From assembly GCA_965217775.1 (NCBI GenBank), contig CBDCJH010000002.1, positions 4,832,001-4,896,000 of the forward strand: DNA of 64,000 bases, given 5' to 3'. How positions within the stretch are numbered: the stretch's first letter is position 1; each line of letters begins with the position of its first letter. The stretch comes from Acidobacteriota bacterium (GTDB lineage: Bacteria > Acidobacteriota > UBA6911 > RPQK01 > JAJDTT01). Shown piece after piece: positions 31,435 to 41,309 of the stretch. The notes under the pieces were generated by a model, which was given only the letters and a program-made list of their open reading frames with translations, made no database searches and was not told the origin of the DNA. A program made the position numbers and the translations under genes.

Positions 31435-33679
31435 AAGAGACTCGTCTCGTATTGACCCGCCCGCTTCGAAATCGTCCTCCGGACCCTCCTCACTTCCTCC
31501 GATTCACTGCTGGCTGGCAGGGTTCCTGTTTCTCTTCCTCTTCGCTTCTCTCGCCGGATCGGAGAAGTCCCGCCTGACCCTGCAGCATCTCTACGATCCC
31601 CGCACCAAGTTGGACTTCACCGGCTCTCCTCCGGCGGGTCTGCGTTGGTCCCGGGACGGACGCCACTATCTCCACCATCGCAAGCAGTCTTCCACCCTGT
31701 TCACAGTGGACGCCGTCAGCGGAGATTCCCAGATCCTGCTGGATGCGGCGCGACTTCGAAAGGCCCTCTCGGATCCCGATCTCGAGACCTCGAGCAGCGA
31801 CTCCGCCACGCTCGGCCGGTTCCGATTGAGCCCTGACGAGAAGACCATCCTTTTCGATTTCTCCGGGGATCTTTTTCTCTACGATTTGAAGTCGGGAGCG
31901 GCTTCGCGACTGACCCATTCCTCCAAGCGGGAGGAACTGGCCGAGTTCAGCCCCGACGGACGCCTGGTCAGCTTCGTCCGGGAGCAGGACCTCTTCCTGG
32001 TCGGCATCGAGAGCGGCCGCGAAGTGCGTCTCACGCAGGACGGCGGCGGTGAGTCGATCAACGGCAAATTGAACTGGTTGTACCAGGAGGAACTCTACGG
32101 CCGGGGCAACTTCAAGGGTTACTGGTGGAGTCCCGATTCATCCCACCTGGCCTTTTTGCAGTTGGACGAGTCGCCGGTGCCGACCTTCACGCTGCTCGAT
32201 TACGAGCCACTCTACCCGTCCACACGGACGACCCGCTACCCCAAGGCCGGAGACCCCAACCCTCGGGCGCGCATCGGCGTGGTCCCGGTCTCCGGCGAGG
32301 CCGTCCGCTGGATCCAGAACGGTCCGGACGACGACCGCCTGGTGGTCCGGGCCGGTTGGAGCCCGGATGGAGACGCCGTCGTTTTCCAGGAGCAGGACCG
32401 GGTCCAGACCCGGTTGGACCTGAAGCTGTACCGGCTCTCGTCGCGAAGCACGACTGCGCTGTTGCGGGAGGAGGGCGTGGCCTGGGTCGAGGTTCTGGCC
32501 GAACCGAACTGGCTGGCGGACGATTCCTTCCTCTGGATGAGCGATCGTAGCGGCTGGCGGCATCTTTACCGCTACCAGTCCGACGGCACCCTCATCGGAC
32601 CGGTCACAAGCGGACAATGGAACGTCTTCGACCTCCTCCACCACTCTCTCGAGAACGGGGAGATCTACTTTACGGCGGACCGGGACGGCCCCGGTGAGAG
32701 ACACCTTTACCGTTCGAGCCTGAACGGCGGATCGGTGGTACGCGTTTCCCGGGAACCGGGAACCCATCGGCCCCGGTTGAATGACCAGGGTTCGCTCTAT
32801 CTCGACACCTGGAGCGACATCGACACCCCACCCCGGCTGAGCGTTCATGACGTGACGGGAACGCTCTTGCGGGAAATCCATCCCAGCCGCCGGGAGAACC
32901 TGGAGAAGTTTCGACTCTCTACTCCGCGGTTTCTGCAGGTGCCGACCCGGGACGGGTTCCTCATGGAGGCCATGATGATCCTGCCCCACGACTTCGATCC
33001 TGCTCGAAAGTATCCGGTTCTGGCCTATGTCTACGGTGGTCCGGGCATGCCCCGGGTCGGCAGGAGATGGGGCGGAACCAACCACCTCTGGCACCAGCTC
33101 ATGGCCCAGGAGGGCTATCTGATCTGGATCTGCGACAACCGAAGCGCCAGTGGGAAGGGCGCCGGTTCGGCGTGGTCCGTGTATCGAAACTTCGGCAGCC
33201 AGGAGCTGCGCGACCTGGAAGACGGCCTGAAATGGCTGGGGAAGCGGACCTTTGTGGATTCGGATCGAATCGGCATCTGGGGCTGGAGCTTCGGCGGTTA
33301 CCTGGCCAGCTTTGCGCTGACCCACAGCGACAACTTTCGGATCGGGATTGCGGGGGCACCGGTAACCGACTGGAGGCTTTACGACACCATCTACACGGAG
33401 CGGTACATGGGGCTTCCAAAGGACAATCCGGAGGGCTACCGGAAGAGTTCGGTGCTGGAGGCGGCCGGCGACCTGCGGGGCAAGCTGCTTCTGATCCACG
33501 GAGGGCTGGACGACAATGTCCATCTCCAGAACACGCTCCGGCTGGCCCATCGCCTCCAGGAAGAGGGAAAGGACTTCCAGATGATGATCTATCCCCGTGC
33601 CCGGCATGGGGTGAGGGACAAGGAGCAAATCCACCACCTCCGGCGGCTGATGACCCGATTCATCCTGGAGAACCTCTGA
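31388..33679 (+). CDS. S9B dipeptidyl peptidase IV-like exported serine peptidase (start uncertain)
   Basis: 'YQEE', 'YPKAG', nucleophile 'GWSFGG', 'YTERYMG', 'DDNVH'. Confidence 0.92.
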   Translation: MNRWCPTRNRRKRPDRRDSSRIDPPASKSSSGPSSLPPIHCWLAGFLFLFLFASLAGSEKSRLTLQHLYDPRTKLDFTGSPPAGLRWSRDGRHYLHHRKQSSTLFTVDAVSGDSQILLDAARLRKALSDPDLETSSSDSATLGRFRLSPDEKTILFDFSGDLFLYDLKSGAASRLTHSSKREELAEFSPDGRLVSFVREQDLFLVGIESGREVRLTQDGGGESINGKLNWLYQEELYGRGNFKGYWWSPDSSHLAFLQLDESPVPTFTLLDYEPLYPSTRTTRYPKAGDPNPRARIGVVPVSGEAVRWIQNGPDDDRLVVRAGWSPDGDAVVFQEQDRVQTRLDLKLYRLSSRSTTALLREEGVAWVEVLAEPNWLADDSFLWMSDRSGWRHLYRYQSDGTLIGPVTSGQWNVFDLLHHSLENGEIYFTADRDGPGERHLYRSSLNGGSVVRVSREPGTHRPRLNDQGSLYLDTWSDIDTPPRLSVHDVTGTLLREIHPSRRENLEKFRLSTPRFLQVPTRDGFLMEAMMILPHDFDPARKYPVLAYVYGGPGMPRVGRRWGGTNHLWHQLMAQEGYLIWICDNRSASGKGAGSAWSVYRNFGSQELRDLEDGLKWLGKRTFVDSDRIGIWGWSFGGYLASFALTHSDNFRIGIAGAPVTDWRLYDTIYTERYMGLPKDNPEGYRKSSVLEAAGDLRGKLLLIHGGLDDNVHLQNTLRLAHRLQEEGKDFQMMIYPRARHGVRDKEQIHHLRRLMTRFILENL

Positions 33680-33774
33680 AGATCGCCGCGCGGGAGGTTC
33701 CGGAATCCTGCATTTCTCCTTCAGATTCGAGGCCCGAAGTCGGTCGGGATCACCTCCCGGCGTGCGGCCAACTT

Positions 33775-33815
33775 TCTTCTCTCATTCCTCACTCCTCTCT
33801 TCTCACTTCTCTTCC
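33775..33815. repeat. Degenerate pyrimidine-rich heptamer tandem repeat
   Basis: tcttctc-tcattcc-tcactcc-tctcttc-tcacttc-tcttcc. Confidence 0.55.
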
Positions 33816-33856
33816 AGCCCCTTGCCCGCCGGGAAACGCCCTGCAAGAATGTGCCG

Positions 33857-35173
33857 ATGACCCTTTCGGAATGGCAATCCAGGATCGAATTCCGGTACCG
33901 GGAGCGCACGCCCAGGTCGGGCGAGTTGTTTCGGGAAGCCCTGCGTTTCCTTCCCGGCGGCGATACGCGGCTGGGCACCAGTTTCCCCCCGCACCCCTCC
34001 TATATGGTTCGAGGGGAGGGGAGCTACCTGCATGACGTGGACGGCAATCGAATCCTGGATTTCACCAACAACGCCACCACGCTCATCCACGGACATTCCC
34101 ACCCGGAGATCTCCGAGACCATTCGAAGCCAGGCCGGGCGGGGCACCGGGTGGGCGGCGCCCAACCCTCACCAGGTGGAACTGGCCCGGTTGCTCTGCCA
34201 CAGGCTGCCCTCGGTAGACCGCATCCGCTTCTGCAATTCGGGCACCGAAGCCAACATGCAGGCGATCAAGGTGGCGCGAGCCTTCACCGGACGCGACGTC
34301 ATTCTGAAGATGGCGGGCGCCTATCACGGGACCTACGAAGGAACGGAGTTCAGTCGGGCGGATGACGGGAGGCCCCTGGCGCTGGTCACCGGGATTCCAA
34401 GTAACGAGGGGGACAACGTGCTGGTGGCCCCCTTCGGGGACGAGCCGACGGCCCGAACCCTGATGGAGACCCATCGTGAACGTTTGGCGGCAGTCGTCGT
34501 GAATCCGGTGATGACGCAAGGAGGCCTGGGGCTGCCCCCGGAGGGCTATCTCCAGTTCCTGCGGGAGACGACGCGGCGCTTGGGCATCCTGCTCATTTTC
34601 GATGAGGTCATCACCTTCCGAGTCTCCTCCGGCGGGGGTCAGGAACACTACGGCGTGGTCCCCGATCTCACGGCCCTGGGCAAGATCATCGGCGGCGGGC
34701 TGCCCGTCGGGGCCTTCGGGGGGAGAGAAGACATCATGGCCCTCTTCGCCGACGGCCCGACACCCTCCGTGTCCCATGCCGGCACCCTCAACGGCAATCC
34801 GCTCACCTCTGCCGCGGGCTTGAAGGCCATGGAGATGCTCACGCCCGAGGCCTTCGAACACCTGAGCCGCCTGGGGAGATCGCTCCGTGACGAGCTCAAC
34901 CAGGTCGTTCAGGATCTGCAACTCCCCTTGGAGGTGAACCGGATCGCTTCCCTGGTCAGCCTGGACCTGGCGGCTCACCTTCGGTCCGATCCGCAGACCC
35001 TGGAGAGGGGAGCTCGGATCATGTCGCTGGTCCATCTGGCTCTGCTGAACCGCGGGATCAAGGTCTACGCCCTGTATGCGCTCACCACGGTCATGGGAAA
35101 GGCGGAGGTCCGGATCCTGAGCGAAAACCTGCGAGAGGTGCTGGAAGAGGCCCGTCCCTTGCTTCCCTGCTGA
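33857..35173 (+). CDS. Class III PLP aminotransferase (GSA aminomutase-like)
   Basis: 'NSGTEA', 'FDEVITFR', 'PDLTALGKIIGGGLP', 'GTLNGNP'. Confidence 0.9.
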   Translation: MTLSEWQSRIEFRYRERTPRSGELFREALRFLPGGDTRLGTSFPPHPSYMVRGEGSYLHDVDGNRILDFTNNATTLIHGHSHPEISETIRSQAGRGTGWAAPNPHQVELARLLCHRLPSVDRIRFCNSGTEANMQAIKVARAFTGRDVILKMAGAYHGTYEGTEFSRADDGRPLALVTGIPSNEGDNVLVAPFGDEPTARTLMETHRERLAAVVVNPVMTQGGLGLPPEGYLQFLRETTRRLGILLIFDEVITFRVSSGGGQEHYGVVPDLTALGKIIGGGLPVGAFGGREDIMALFADGPTPSVSHAGTLNGNPLTSAAGLKAMEMLTPEAFEHLSRLGRSLRDELNQVVQDLQLPLEVNRIASLVSLDLAAHLRSDPQTLERGARIMSLVHLALLNRGIKVYALYALTTVMGKAEVRILSENLREVLEEARPLLPC

Positions 35174-35186
35174 GCGGAGGAGTTTC

Positions 35187-36110
35187 ATGTCGATTCAGAC
35201 TGTTCTGGGGCCCATTGAACCCGCAGATCTGGGCGTCACGCTCATGCACGAGCACACCCTGGTGGACGCCTGGGAATGGGGAGGGCGCCTGGGATACGAC
35301 AGCACGGTGGACGACGAGGAGCTGCTGGTAGAGGAACTGGCCTTCTATCGCGACGCCGGGGGCTCCGCCCTGGTGGACGTGACCCCCATCGGACTCCGGC
35401 GCGATCCGGCCGGGATGCGAAGGCTGGCCCAGGCCACCGGACTCCACATCATCATGGGATGCGGCTGGTACCGGGAACGCGTCTATCCGGCCTACATTCA
35501 TGAGCTCAGCACCAATGCCCTGGCCGACATGCTGGTGAAGGAGTTGGAAGAGGGGGTGGAGGGCGGCATTCGGCCGGGCATCATCGGCGAGATCGGAACC
35601 GAGCGATTCCACGTCACTCCGGCGGAGGAAAAAGTGTTCCGGGCGGCCGCCCGGGCCCAACGGGAGACCGGCGCCACCGTGACCACCCACACCACCCATT
35701 TCGGCGACCTGGCCCACGAGCAGATGGACATCCTGATGGAGGAGGGGGTGCCGCCGGAACGGATCGTGATCGGACATCTGGGAGAACGGCGCGGCGTCAA
35801 GGGCGAGCTGGCCATCGCCGAGAGGGGCGTCTACGTGGAGATCGACCACGTCGGCCGCGGCGCCAGCGCCGGAACCCAGCCGGAATGGAGAAGGGCCCGG
35901 AACGTGGCCGAGTTGGTTCAGGCCGGCTACCTGGAGCGGGTTCTCATCTCCATGGACATCTGCGCCAACTCCCTGCTGCACTGGAACGGCGGACACGGAT
36001 TCGACTATATCCTGACCACCTTCGTCCCCCTGCTCCGGGAAGAAGGACTCACCGAGGAGCAGATCCGGATCATCCTGGTGGACAACCCGATCCGGGTATT
36101 GGATTACTGA
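35187..36110 (+). CDS. Phosphotriesterase-related amidohydrolase
   Basis: 'QTVLGPI', 'HEH', 'GIIGEIG', 'TTHT', 'IGHL', 'SMD', 'VDNP'. Confidence 0.92.
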   Translation: MSIQTVLGPIEPADLGVTLMHEHTLVDAWEWGGRLGYDSTVDDEELLVEELAFYRDAGGSALVDVTPIGLRRDPAGMRRLAQATGLHIIMGCGWYRERVYPAYIHELSTNALADMLVKELEEGVEGGIRPGIIGEIGTERFHVTPAEEKVFRAAARAQRETGATVTTHTTHFGDLAHEQMDILMEEGVPPERIVIGHLGERRGVKGELAIAERGVYVEIDHVGRGASAGTQPEWRRARNVAELVQAGYLERVLISMDICANSLLHWNGGHGFDYILTTFVPLLREEGLTEEQIRIILVDNPIRVLDY

Positions 36111-36148
36111 TTCCTCAATCTCGAATTCTTGCGTAAATAGACGAAGAC

Positions 36149-36397
36149 GTAGGGATACCCCTTGTGTGCCCTCTTCGGTCCAAAACGGAGCCAGATGGGG
36201 CCAGATGAAGAGGCGGCGTCTGGAAAGCCGCCGCTCCGGCGAAGAGATTTTGGTTCCGGCTATGCCGGGTTGGGAAACACGTCGGGGGGAAGAGGGATTT
36301 GGAGGGGGGCTGTTGGATGCCCGGTCGCTTTTCGGCTGCTTGTTATTCTGGAGTTCGGCGGTTGGAAACCGCCGCTCCTGGCGGCTAGGAAGCCGGC
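36149..36397. repeat. Cluster of REP-like palindromes between convergent genes
   Basis: GTAGGGATACCCCTTGTGTGCCCT (36149), GGCGGCGTCTGGAAAGCCGCCGCTCC (36212), CGGCGGTTGGAAACCGCCGCTCC (36356). Confidence 0.6.
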
Positions 36398-37170
36398 GGT
36401 CGCAGGTCGGCGATGACCGGGGCGTGGTCCGAGGCGGTCATGCCCTCCTTCTTCTTCCTGTAGTCGCGGTCGATCTCCACCTGGCGCAGCCGTTCCGCCA
36501 GCGCCGGGGTCGACAGCAGAAAATCGATTCGGAGGCCCCGGTTCCGGTGGAATGACCCTCCCCTATAGTCCCACCAGGAGAACTTCCGTTCCCGGGGGAA
36601 GCGCTCCCGGTAAAGATCCACCAGTCCCCAGTCCAACAATCGCCGGAATCGATCTCTTTCCTCGTCCGTGTGGAAGATCTTTCCCCCGAGCTCCTCTTCG
36701 TTCCAGGTGTCCAACGGGGTGGGGCAGATGTTGAAGTCCCCGCAGAGGACGAGGGACTCGGAAACGTGGTGTCGCGCCTCCAGGTAGGACAGGAGCGCAT
36801 CGTACCAGGAGAGTTTTCTGGGGAAGTCGTCGTGCCCGACGTGCTTGCCGTTGGGGCAGTAGACGGTGATGAAGGTGACGCCGGCCACGCGGGCACTCAC
36901 CAGGCGGGTCCCCAGATGCTCTTGTCCCGGCAGCCCCGACTGAAGCGTCTCGGCCGGTTCCCGGCTCAATATGGAGACGCCGTTCCAGGCCTTGGACGCA
37001 TGGACCACCGCCTGATAGCCCCGGGCCCGGAATTCGGCGTGGGGGAAGAGCTTTTCGTGCATCTTCAACTCCTGCAGCCCCACCAGGTCGGGACGGCGGG
37101 AATCGAGCCAGTGAAAAACGTAGTCGAGACGGGCTCGAAGCCCGTTGATGTTCCAGGTCGCGATCCGCAT
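36385..37170 (-). CDS. xth: Exodeoxyribonuclease III
   Basis: 'ATWNING', 'LQELK', 'GDFN', 'WWDYR', 'LRID', 'SDHAP'. Confidence 0.96.
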   Translation of the reverse strand: MRIATWNINGLRARLDYVFHWLDSRRPDLVGLQELKMHEKLFPHAEFRARGYQAVVHASKAWNGVSILSREPAETLQSGLPGQEHLGTRLVSARVAGVTFITVYCPNGKHVGHDDFPRKLSWYDALLSYLEARHHVSESLVLCGDFNICPTPLDTWNEEELGGKIFHTDEERDRFRRLLDWGLVDLYRERFPRERKFSWWDYRGGSFHRNRGLRIDFLLSTPALAERLRQVEIDRDYRKKKEGMTASDHAPVIADLRPPAS

Positions 37171-37233
37171 GTGTGCAGCCCCGCGGCCAGTTTACAACGC
37201 AACCGGCGGGAATGCCGAATCGAGAGACGGGAA

Positions 37234-38316
37234 TCAGGAATCGGAGGAAAAAGTGCTGCCCGCTTCCCGGTCCGCTTCCCGGTCCGGAAGGTGGATCACG
37301 GTCCCGGTTCGTGACGCCTCCAACATGGCTGTCACGGCCTCCACGCCGGCGCGTCCGTCCGGTCCCGATCCGATCCGGCTGGGCTTGCCTTCGATGGCGT
37401 CGCGAAAGGCCCGGAGTTGGCGCTCGTACGCTCTGAGGCGCGCCGGGCTGAGGGGAACGTCGGCGGCGACGAACCGGGCCGCGGGCTGGGTGGAGACCGT
37501 GCACCAGGTTCCTCCGGCCGCCAGTTTCAGGTCCCCGAAGGGATCCAGGTCCATCAGGCCTTTTGAGCCCATGATCCTGAGACGAAAGGATTCGCCGGGA
37601 AATCCCGGATCCGCCACCACGTTGGTGGAGTAGAGGCTGAGCAGGGCGCCGTTGTGGAAGCTCACCAGAGCCAGCGTCGTGTTCTCCACGGGGGCCCGGG
37701 TCAGAAAGTTGCGGGAAAGCGCGCTCACGGTGGCGACCTCCGTCCCCATGCACCAGCGGAGCAGGTCGATGCCGTGAGGCGCCGAGTTCAGGACGTGGCC
37801 GAGGCTGGCCGGATCGTCCCACCATTCCCATCCTCCGCCGTCCCGCAGAGAGGCCTCGGTCAACATGGTGGTCTGGATGGTCAGGACGCGGCCGATGGCC
37901 CCCTCCCGGATGAGGCGCCGGGCTTCCACGTTGTTTCGCCGAAACCGTTGATGATAGCCCACGGCCAGGGTGACGGATCGGCTGCGCGCGGCATCGATCA
38001 TGCGGTCGCAATCGGACACCGAGGTGGCCAGGGGTTTCTCCACCAGCACGTGTCTACCCGCTGCGATGGAAGCCAGCGCATCCCGGACGTGAACATGGTG
38101 GGGAGTGGTGACGATGACGGCATCCACGTCGGAGCGGCGAACCAGACGATCCACGTCCGGCTCCCAATCGATTCCGTACCGGTCGGCCAGTCCTTGCGCC
38201 CGGCGGCCACCGGTCACCGCAACCAGCCTGAGCCCGGGCACCGCGCGCACCGCCTCGGCATGGGTCCTCCCCATGAACCCCGAGCCCGTGATTCCGATAC
38301 CCGGATCGCGCCTCAT
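37234..38316 (-). CDS. Gfo/Idh/MocA oxidoreductase
   Basis: 'GITGSGFMG', 'HVLVEKPLA'. Confidence 0.92.
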   Translation of the reverse strand: MRRDPGIGITGSGFMGRTHAEAVRAVPGLRLVAVTGGRRAQGLADRYGIDWEPDVDRLVRRSDVDAVIVTTPHHVHVRDALASIAAGRHVLVEKPLATSVSDCDRMIDAARSRSVTLAVGYHQRFRRNNVEARRLIREGAIGRVLTIQTTMLTEASLRDGGGWEWWDDPASLGHVLNSAPHGIDLLRWCMGTEVATVSALSRNFLTRAPVENTTLALVSFHNGALLSLYSTNVVADPGFPGESFRLRIMGSKGLMDLDPFGDLKLAAGGTWCTVSTQPAARFVAADVPLSPARLRAYERQLRAFRDAIEGKPSRIGSGPDGRAGVEAVTAMLEASRTGTVIHLPDREADREAGSTFSSDS

Positions 38317-38396
38317 TGACGCCTGAGTCTACCAACCTGCCGCAGTTCCCGGAGCAACGGATCTCACCGCTTTTGGTATACTTTCCGGCAACTCTC

Positions 38397-41198
38397 ATGC
38401 GTGCATTTCTATCTTTACTTATCGGTTTCGCGGTTTCCGCTCCTTCGCTGCCGGCCCAGGATGCCGAGGCGACGGAGTTCTTCGAGAAACGGATCCGTCC
38501 GGTGCTGGCCAACAAGTGCCAAGCCTGCCATAACTCCGGCCTCAAGACCGGCGGGTTGGATCTGTCCAGCGCCGAGGGATTCGCCAGCGGCGGCCAGAAT
38601 GGCCCGGTGGTCTCTTCAGAGGCGCCCGCGGAAAGCCGGATCCTGGAAGTGATCCGATACCAGGATCGAATCAAGATGCCTCCCGGCGGAATGCTGCCCG
38701 AGGACGAGATCGCTTCCCTGGCGGACTGGGTCCGGACCGGCGCTCAATGGCCCGGAGTCCCCGACCCGGATGCACCGTCGGTTGCGGCCCACGGGGGAGA
38801 CCGATTCACGGCGGAAGAGCGAAAATTCTGGGCCTTTCAGAAGGTCCGGGATCCGGAACCGCCCCCAGTGGAAGATGTGGACTGGGTCCGGTCTCCGGTG
38901 GACCGCTTCGTTCTGGCCAGGCTGGAAGCGGCCAACCTGCGACCGGCCGCTCCAGCGTCCGGACTCGCTCTGTTGCGGAGAGCGAGCTACGCTCTCATCG
39001 GTCTGCCTCCCAGCGAAAAACAGATTGCTGAATTCCTGAGTGACGACTCGCCCCGGGCTTTCGAGAAGATGGTGGACCAACTGCTGGCTTCTCCCCGGTA
39101 CGGGGAGCGGTGGGGACGCCATTGGCTCGACGTGGCTCGTTATGCCGACTCCACCGGCAACGACGAGGATCACCGTTACCCCTACGCGTGGCGTTACCGC
39201 GACTACGTCGTCGACGCGTTCAACCAGGACCGGCCCTACGACGAATTCCTCACGGAGCAGTTGGCCGGTGACCTGCTCCACACCGGCGAATCGATCGAGA
39301 AGCGGCGCCGCGGGATCGTCGCCACCGGGTTCCTGGCCCTGGGCCCCAAGGCGCTGGCGCAACAGGACAAGCAGCGGATGCTCTACGATGTCTGGGACGA
39401 GCAGTTGGACGTGGTCTCCAAGGGTTTCCTGGGACTCACCGTGACCTGTGCCCGCTGCCACGACCACAAGTTCGATCCCATCCCCACCCAGGACTACTAC
39501 TCCCTGCTCGGCATGTTCGCCAGCACCCGCAGTTTCACAGCCATGGGCAAGACTGTCTCCAAGCTCCTGTTCACACCGCTGGTCCCCGAGGACGAGTACC
39601 AGGCGTACAAGGACCACAAGGAGTCGATCGGCAACAAGAAAATCGAGACCGAAGACGTCGTCGACCAGGAACTTCAAGCCTACGTGTCCCAGTTGAGTCC
39701 CCGCCTGGCCGACTACATGCTGGCTGCCGGCAAAGCCGGCGGACCCGAGCAGGCCGAGGCGCTGGCGGCGGCAAACGATCTGGAGGCTCCCATTCTGAGA
39801 AAGTGGATCGCCTACCTCCAGCCGCGTGAGGTCCGAAGGCCCCACTTGGACGAGTGGCGGCAGGCTTCCGATACGAACCCTGCCCAGACGGCAGAGTCCT
39901 ACCAGATCCGGTTCCAGGAGCGTCTGGAGGAATGGAACGAAACCCTCCGAAAGTGGCGGGAGCGGGTCCGCCGGATGCTCAAGGAGATGAACATGCCGCC
40001 GCCGCCGAAGCCCACCTTCGAGCCGGGGCGCGACCGCTTCTTCCACGAAGTCTACTTCGCCGACAAGGGACCGTTCTTCCTGGAGGAGAAGGCCCAGGAG
40101 AAGATCTTCTCTCAAGAGTCCAACCGGCTTCTGGCACTCTACCGCCGGGAACTGAAACAACTGGAAGAGATTTTGCCTCCCGAACCAGCCATGGCCTGCG
40201 CGGTCGAGGAAGGAGATCCGGTCCGGCAACGAGTCTTCGTCCGGGGGGACTACAACAATCTGGGCGAGGAGGCGCCCAAGCGGTTCCCCCTGATTCTGGC
40301 GGGGGCGGAACAGAAACCGATTTCCGCAGGCAGCGGCCGCATGGAGCTGGCTCACTGGTTGACCGAACCGGAGCATCCTCTGACGGCCCGGGTCATGGTC
40401 AATCGAATCTGGCAATGGCACTTCGGACAGGGTCTGGTGCGAACGCCCAACAATTTCGGCAAGTTGGGCACCCCTCCCACCCATCCTCAACTGTTGGACT
40501 ATCTGGCTCGCCGCTTCATCCGGGAAGGGTGGTCCATCAAGAAGATGCACCGCCTGATCATGAGTTCGGCCACCTACCGAATGGGCAGCCGCATGACACC
40601 GGACAAGAGTCTGCGGGACCCGCAGAACCAGCTTCTCTCCCGATTCGAGAGGCGCCGCCTCGAGGTCGAAGAGATCCGGGACGGGCTGCTTTCCTTGGAC
40701 GGTTCCCTGGACCTGACCATGGGCGGAACCCTGCAATCCGGATTCGGCACCGACACCGAGAACAGCAACGCCCGTCTGAGCCTGAAGCCCGAGACGGTCC
40801 GCCGGAGGATGGTCTATCTGCCCCTCCGCCGTGCCAACCTCCCGACACTCCTGAACCTGTTCGACTTCGGCGACGCCACCACCAGCATGGGCAAACGGAC
40901 ACACACCAACGTCGCTCCTCAGGCCCTGTTCATGATGAACAGCGAGTTCGTGGCCGATCGGGCCCGGAACCTGGCGACCCGGCTGGAAAAGGAGGAGGCC
41001 GACTCGGCCAAGCGCATCGATCGAGCTTATCTCATCACCCTGAACCGGATGCCGGAAGCGGAGGAGCGGCAAGCCGCGCTGGCCTATCTCGGTGACTTCA
41101 CGGGAAAATTCGGAGGGCCGGAGGCGCCGGGTCTGGATGCCTGGGGCAGCTTCTGCCGGATCCTGATGGGGTCCAACGACTTCATGTATGTTGACTAG
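38397..41198 (+). CDS. Planctomycete-type cytochrome c protein (PSCyt1 + DUF1549 + DUF1553), copy 1
   Basis: Signal peptide, CQACH, 'YGERWGRHWLDVARYAD', 'CARCHDHKFD', 'TARVMVNRIW', 'PQALFMMN'. Confidence 0.92.
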   Translation: MRAFLSLLIGFAVSAPSLPAQDAEATEFFEKRIRPVLANKCQACHNSGLKTGGLDLSSAEGFASGGQNGPVVSSEAPAESRILEVIRYQDRIKMPPGGMLPEDEIASLADWVRTGAQWPGVPDPDAPSVAAHGGDRFTAEERKFWAFQKVRDPEPPPVEDVDWVRSPVDRFVLARLEAANLRPAAPASGLALLRRASYALIGLPPSEKQIAEFLSDDSPRAFEKMVDQLLASPRYGERWGRHWLDVARYADSTGNDEDHRYPYAWRYRDYVVDAFNQDRPYDEFLTEQLAGDLLHTGESIEKRRRGIVATGFLALGPKALAQQDKQRMLYDVWDEQLDVVSKGFLGLTVTCARCHDHKFDPIPTQDYYSLLGMFASTRSFTAMGKTVSKLLFTPLVPEDEYQAYKDHKESIGNKKIETEDVVDQELQAYVSQLSPRLADYMLAAGKAGGPEQAEALAAANDLEAPILRKWIAYLQPREVRRPHLDEWRQASDTNPAQTAESYQIRFQERLEEWNETLRKWRERVRRMLKEMNMPPPPKPTFEPGRDRFFHEVYFADKGPFFLEEKAQEKIFSQESNRLLALYRRELKQLEEILPPEPAMACAVEEGDPVRQRVFVRGDYNNLGEEAPKRFPLILAGAEQKPISAGSGRMELAHWLTEPEHPLTARVMVNRIWQWHFGQGLVRTPNNFGKLGTPPTHPQLLDYLARRFIREGWSIKKMHRLIMSSATYRMGSRMTPDKSLRDPQNQLLSRFERRRLEVEEIRDGLLSLDGSLDLTMGGTLQSGFGTDTENSNARLSLKPETVRRRMVYLPLRRANLPTLLNLFDFGDATTSMGKRTHTNVAPQALFMMNSEFVADRARNLATRLEKEEADSAKRIDRAYLITLNRMPEAEERQAALAYLGDFTGKFGGPEAPGLDAWGSFCRILMGSNDFMYVD

Positions 41199-41309
41199 AT
41201 CGCATTCCGGGGGCAAGATCGGGAGAAACGCGCTCCACACGGAGCAGGTCCCGGGTCCGGAACCAGGATCGGCCTCGCCCCGGGATTGGAACCTACTTGA
41301 GGTGATCTC

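Noticed and set aside
37259-37286. 12-bp tandem duplication CCGCTTCCCGGT
   Set aside because: Only two copies, in frame, in a variable C-terminal tail (DREADREA).
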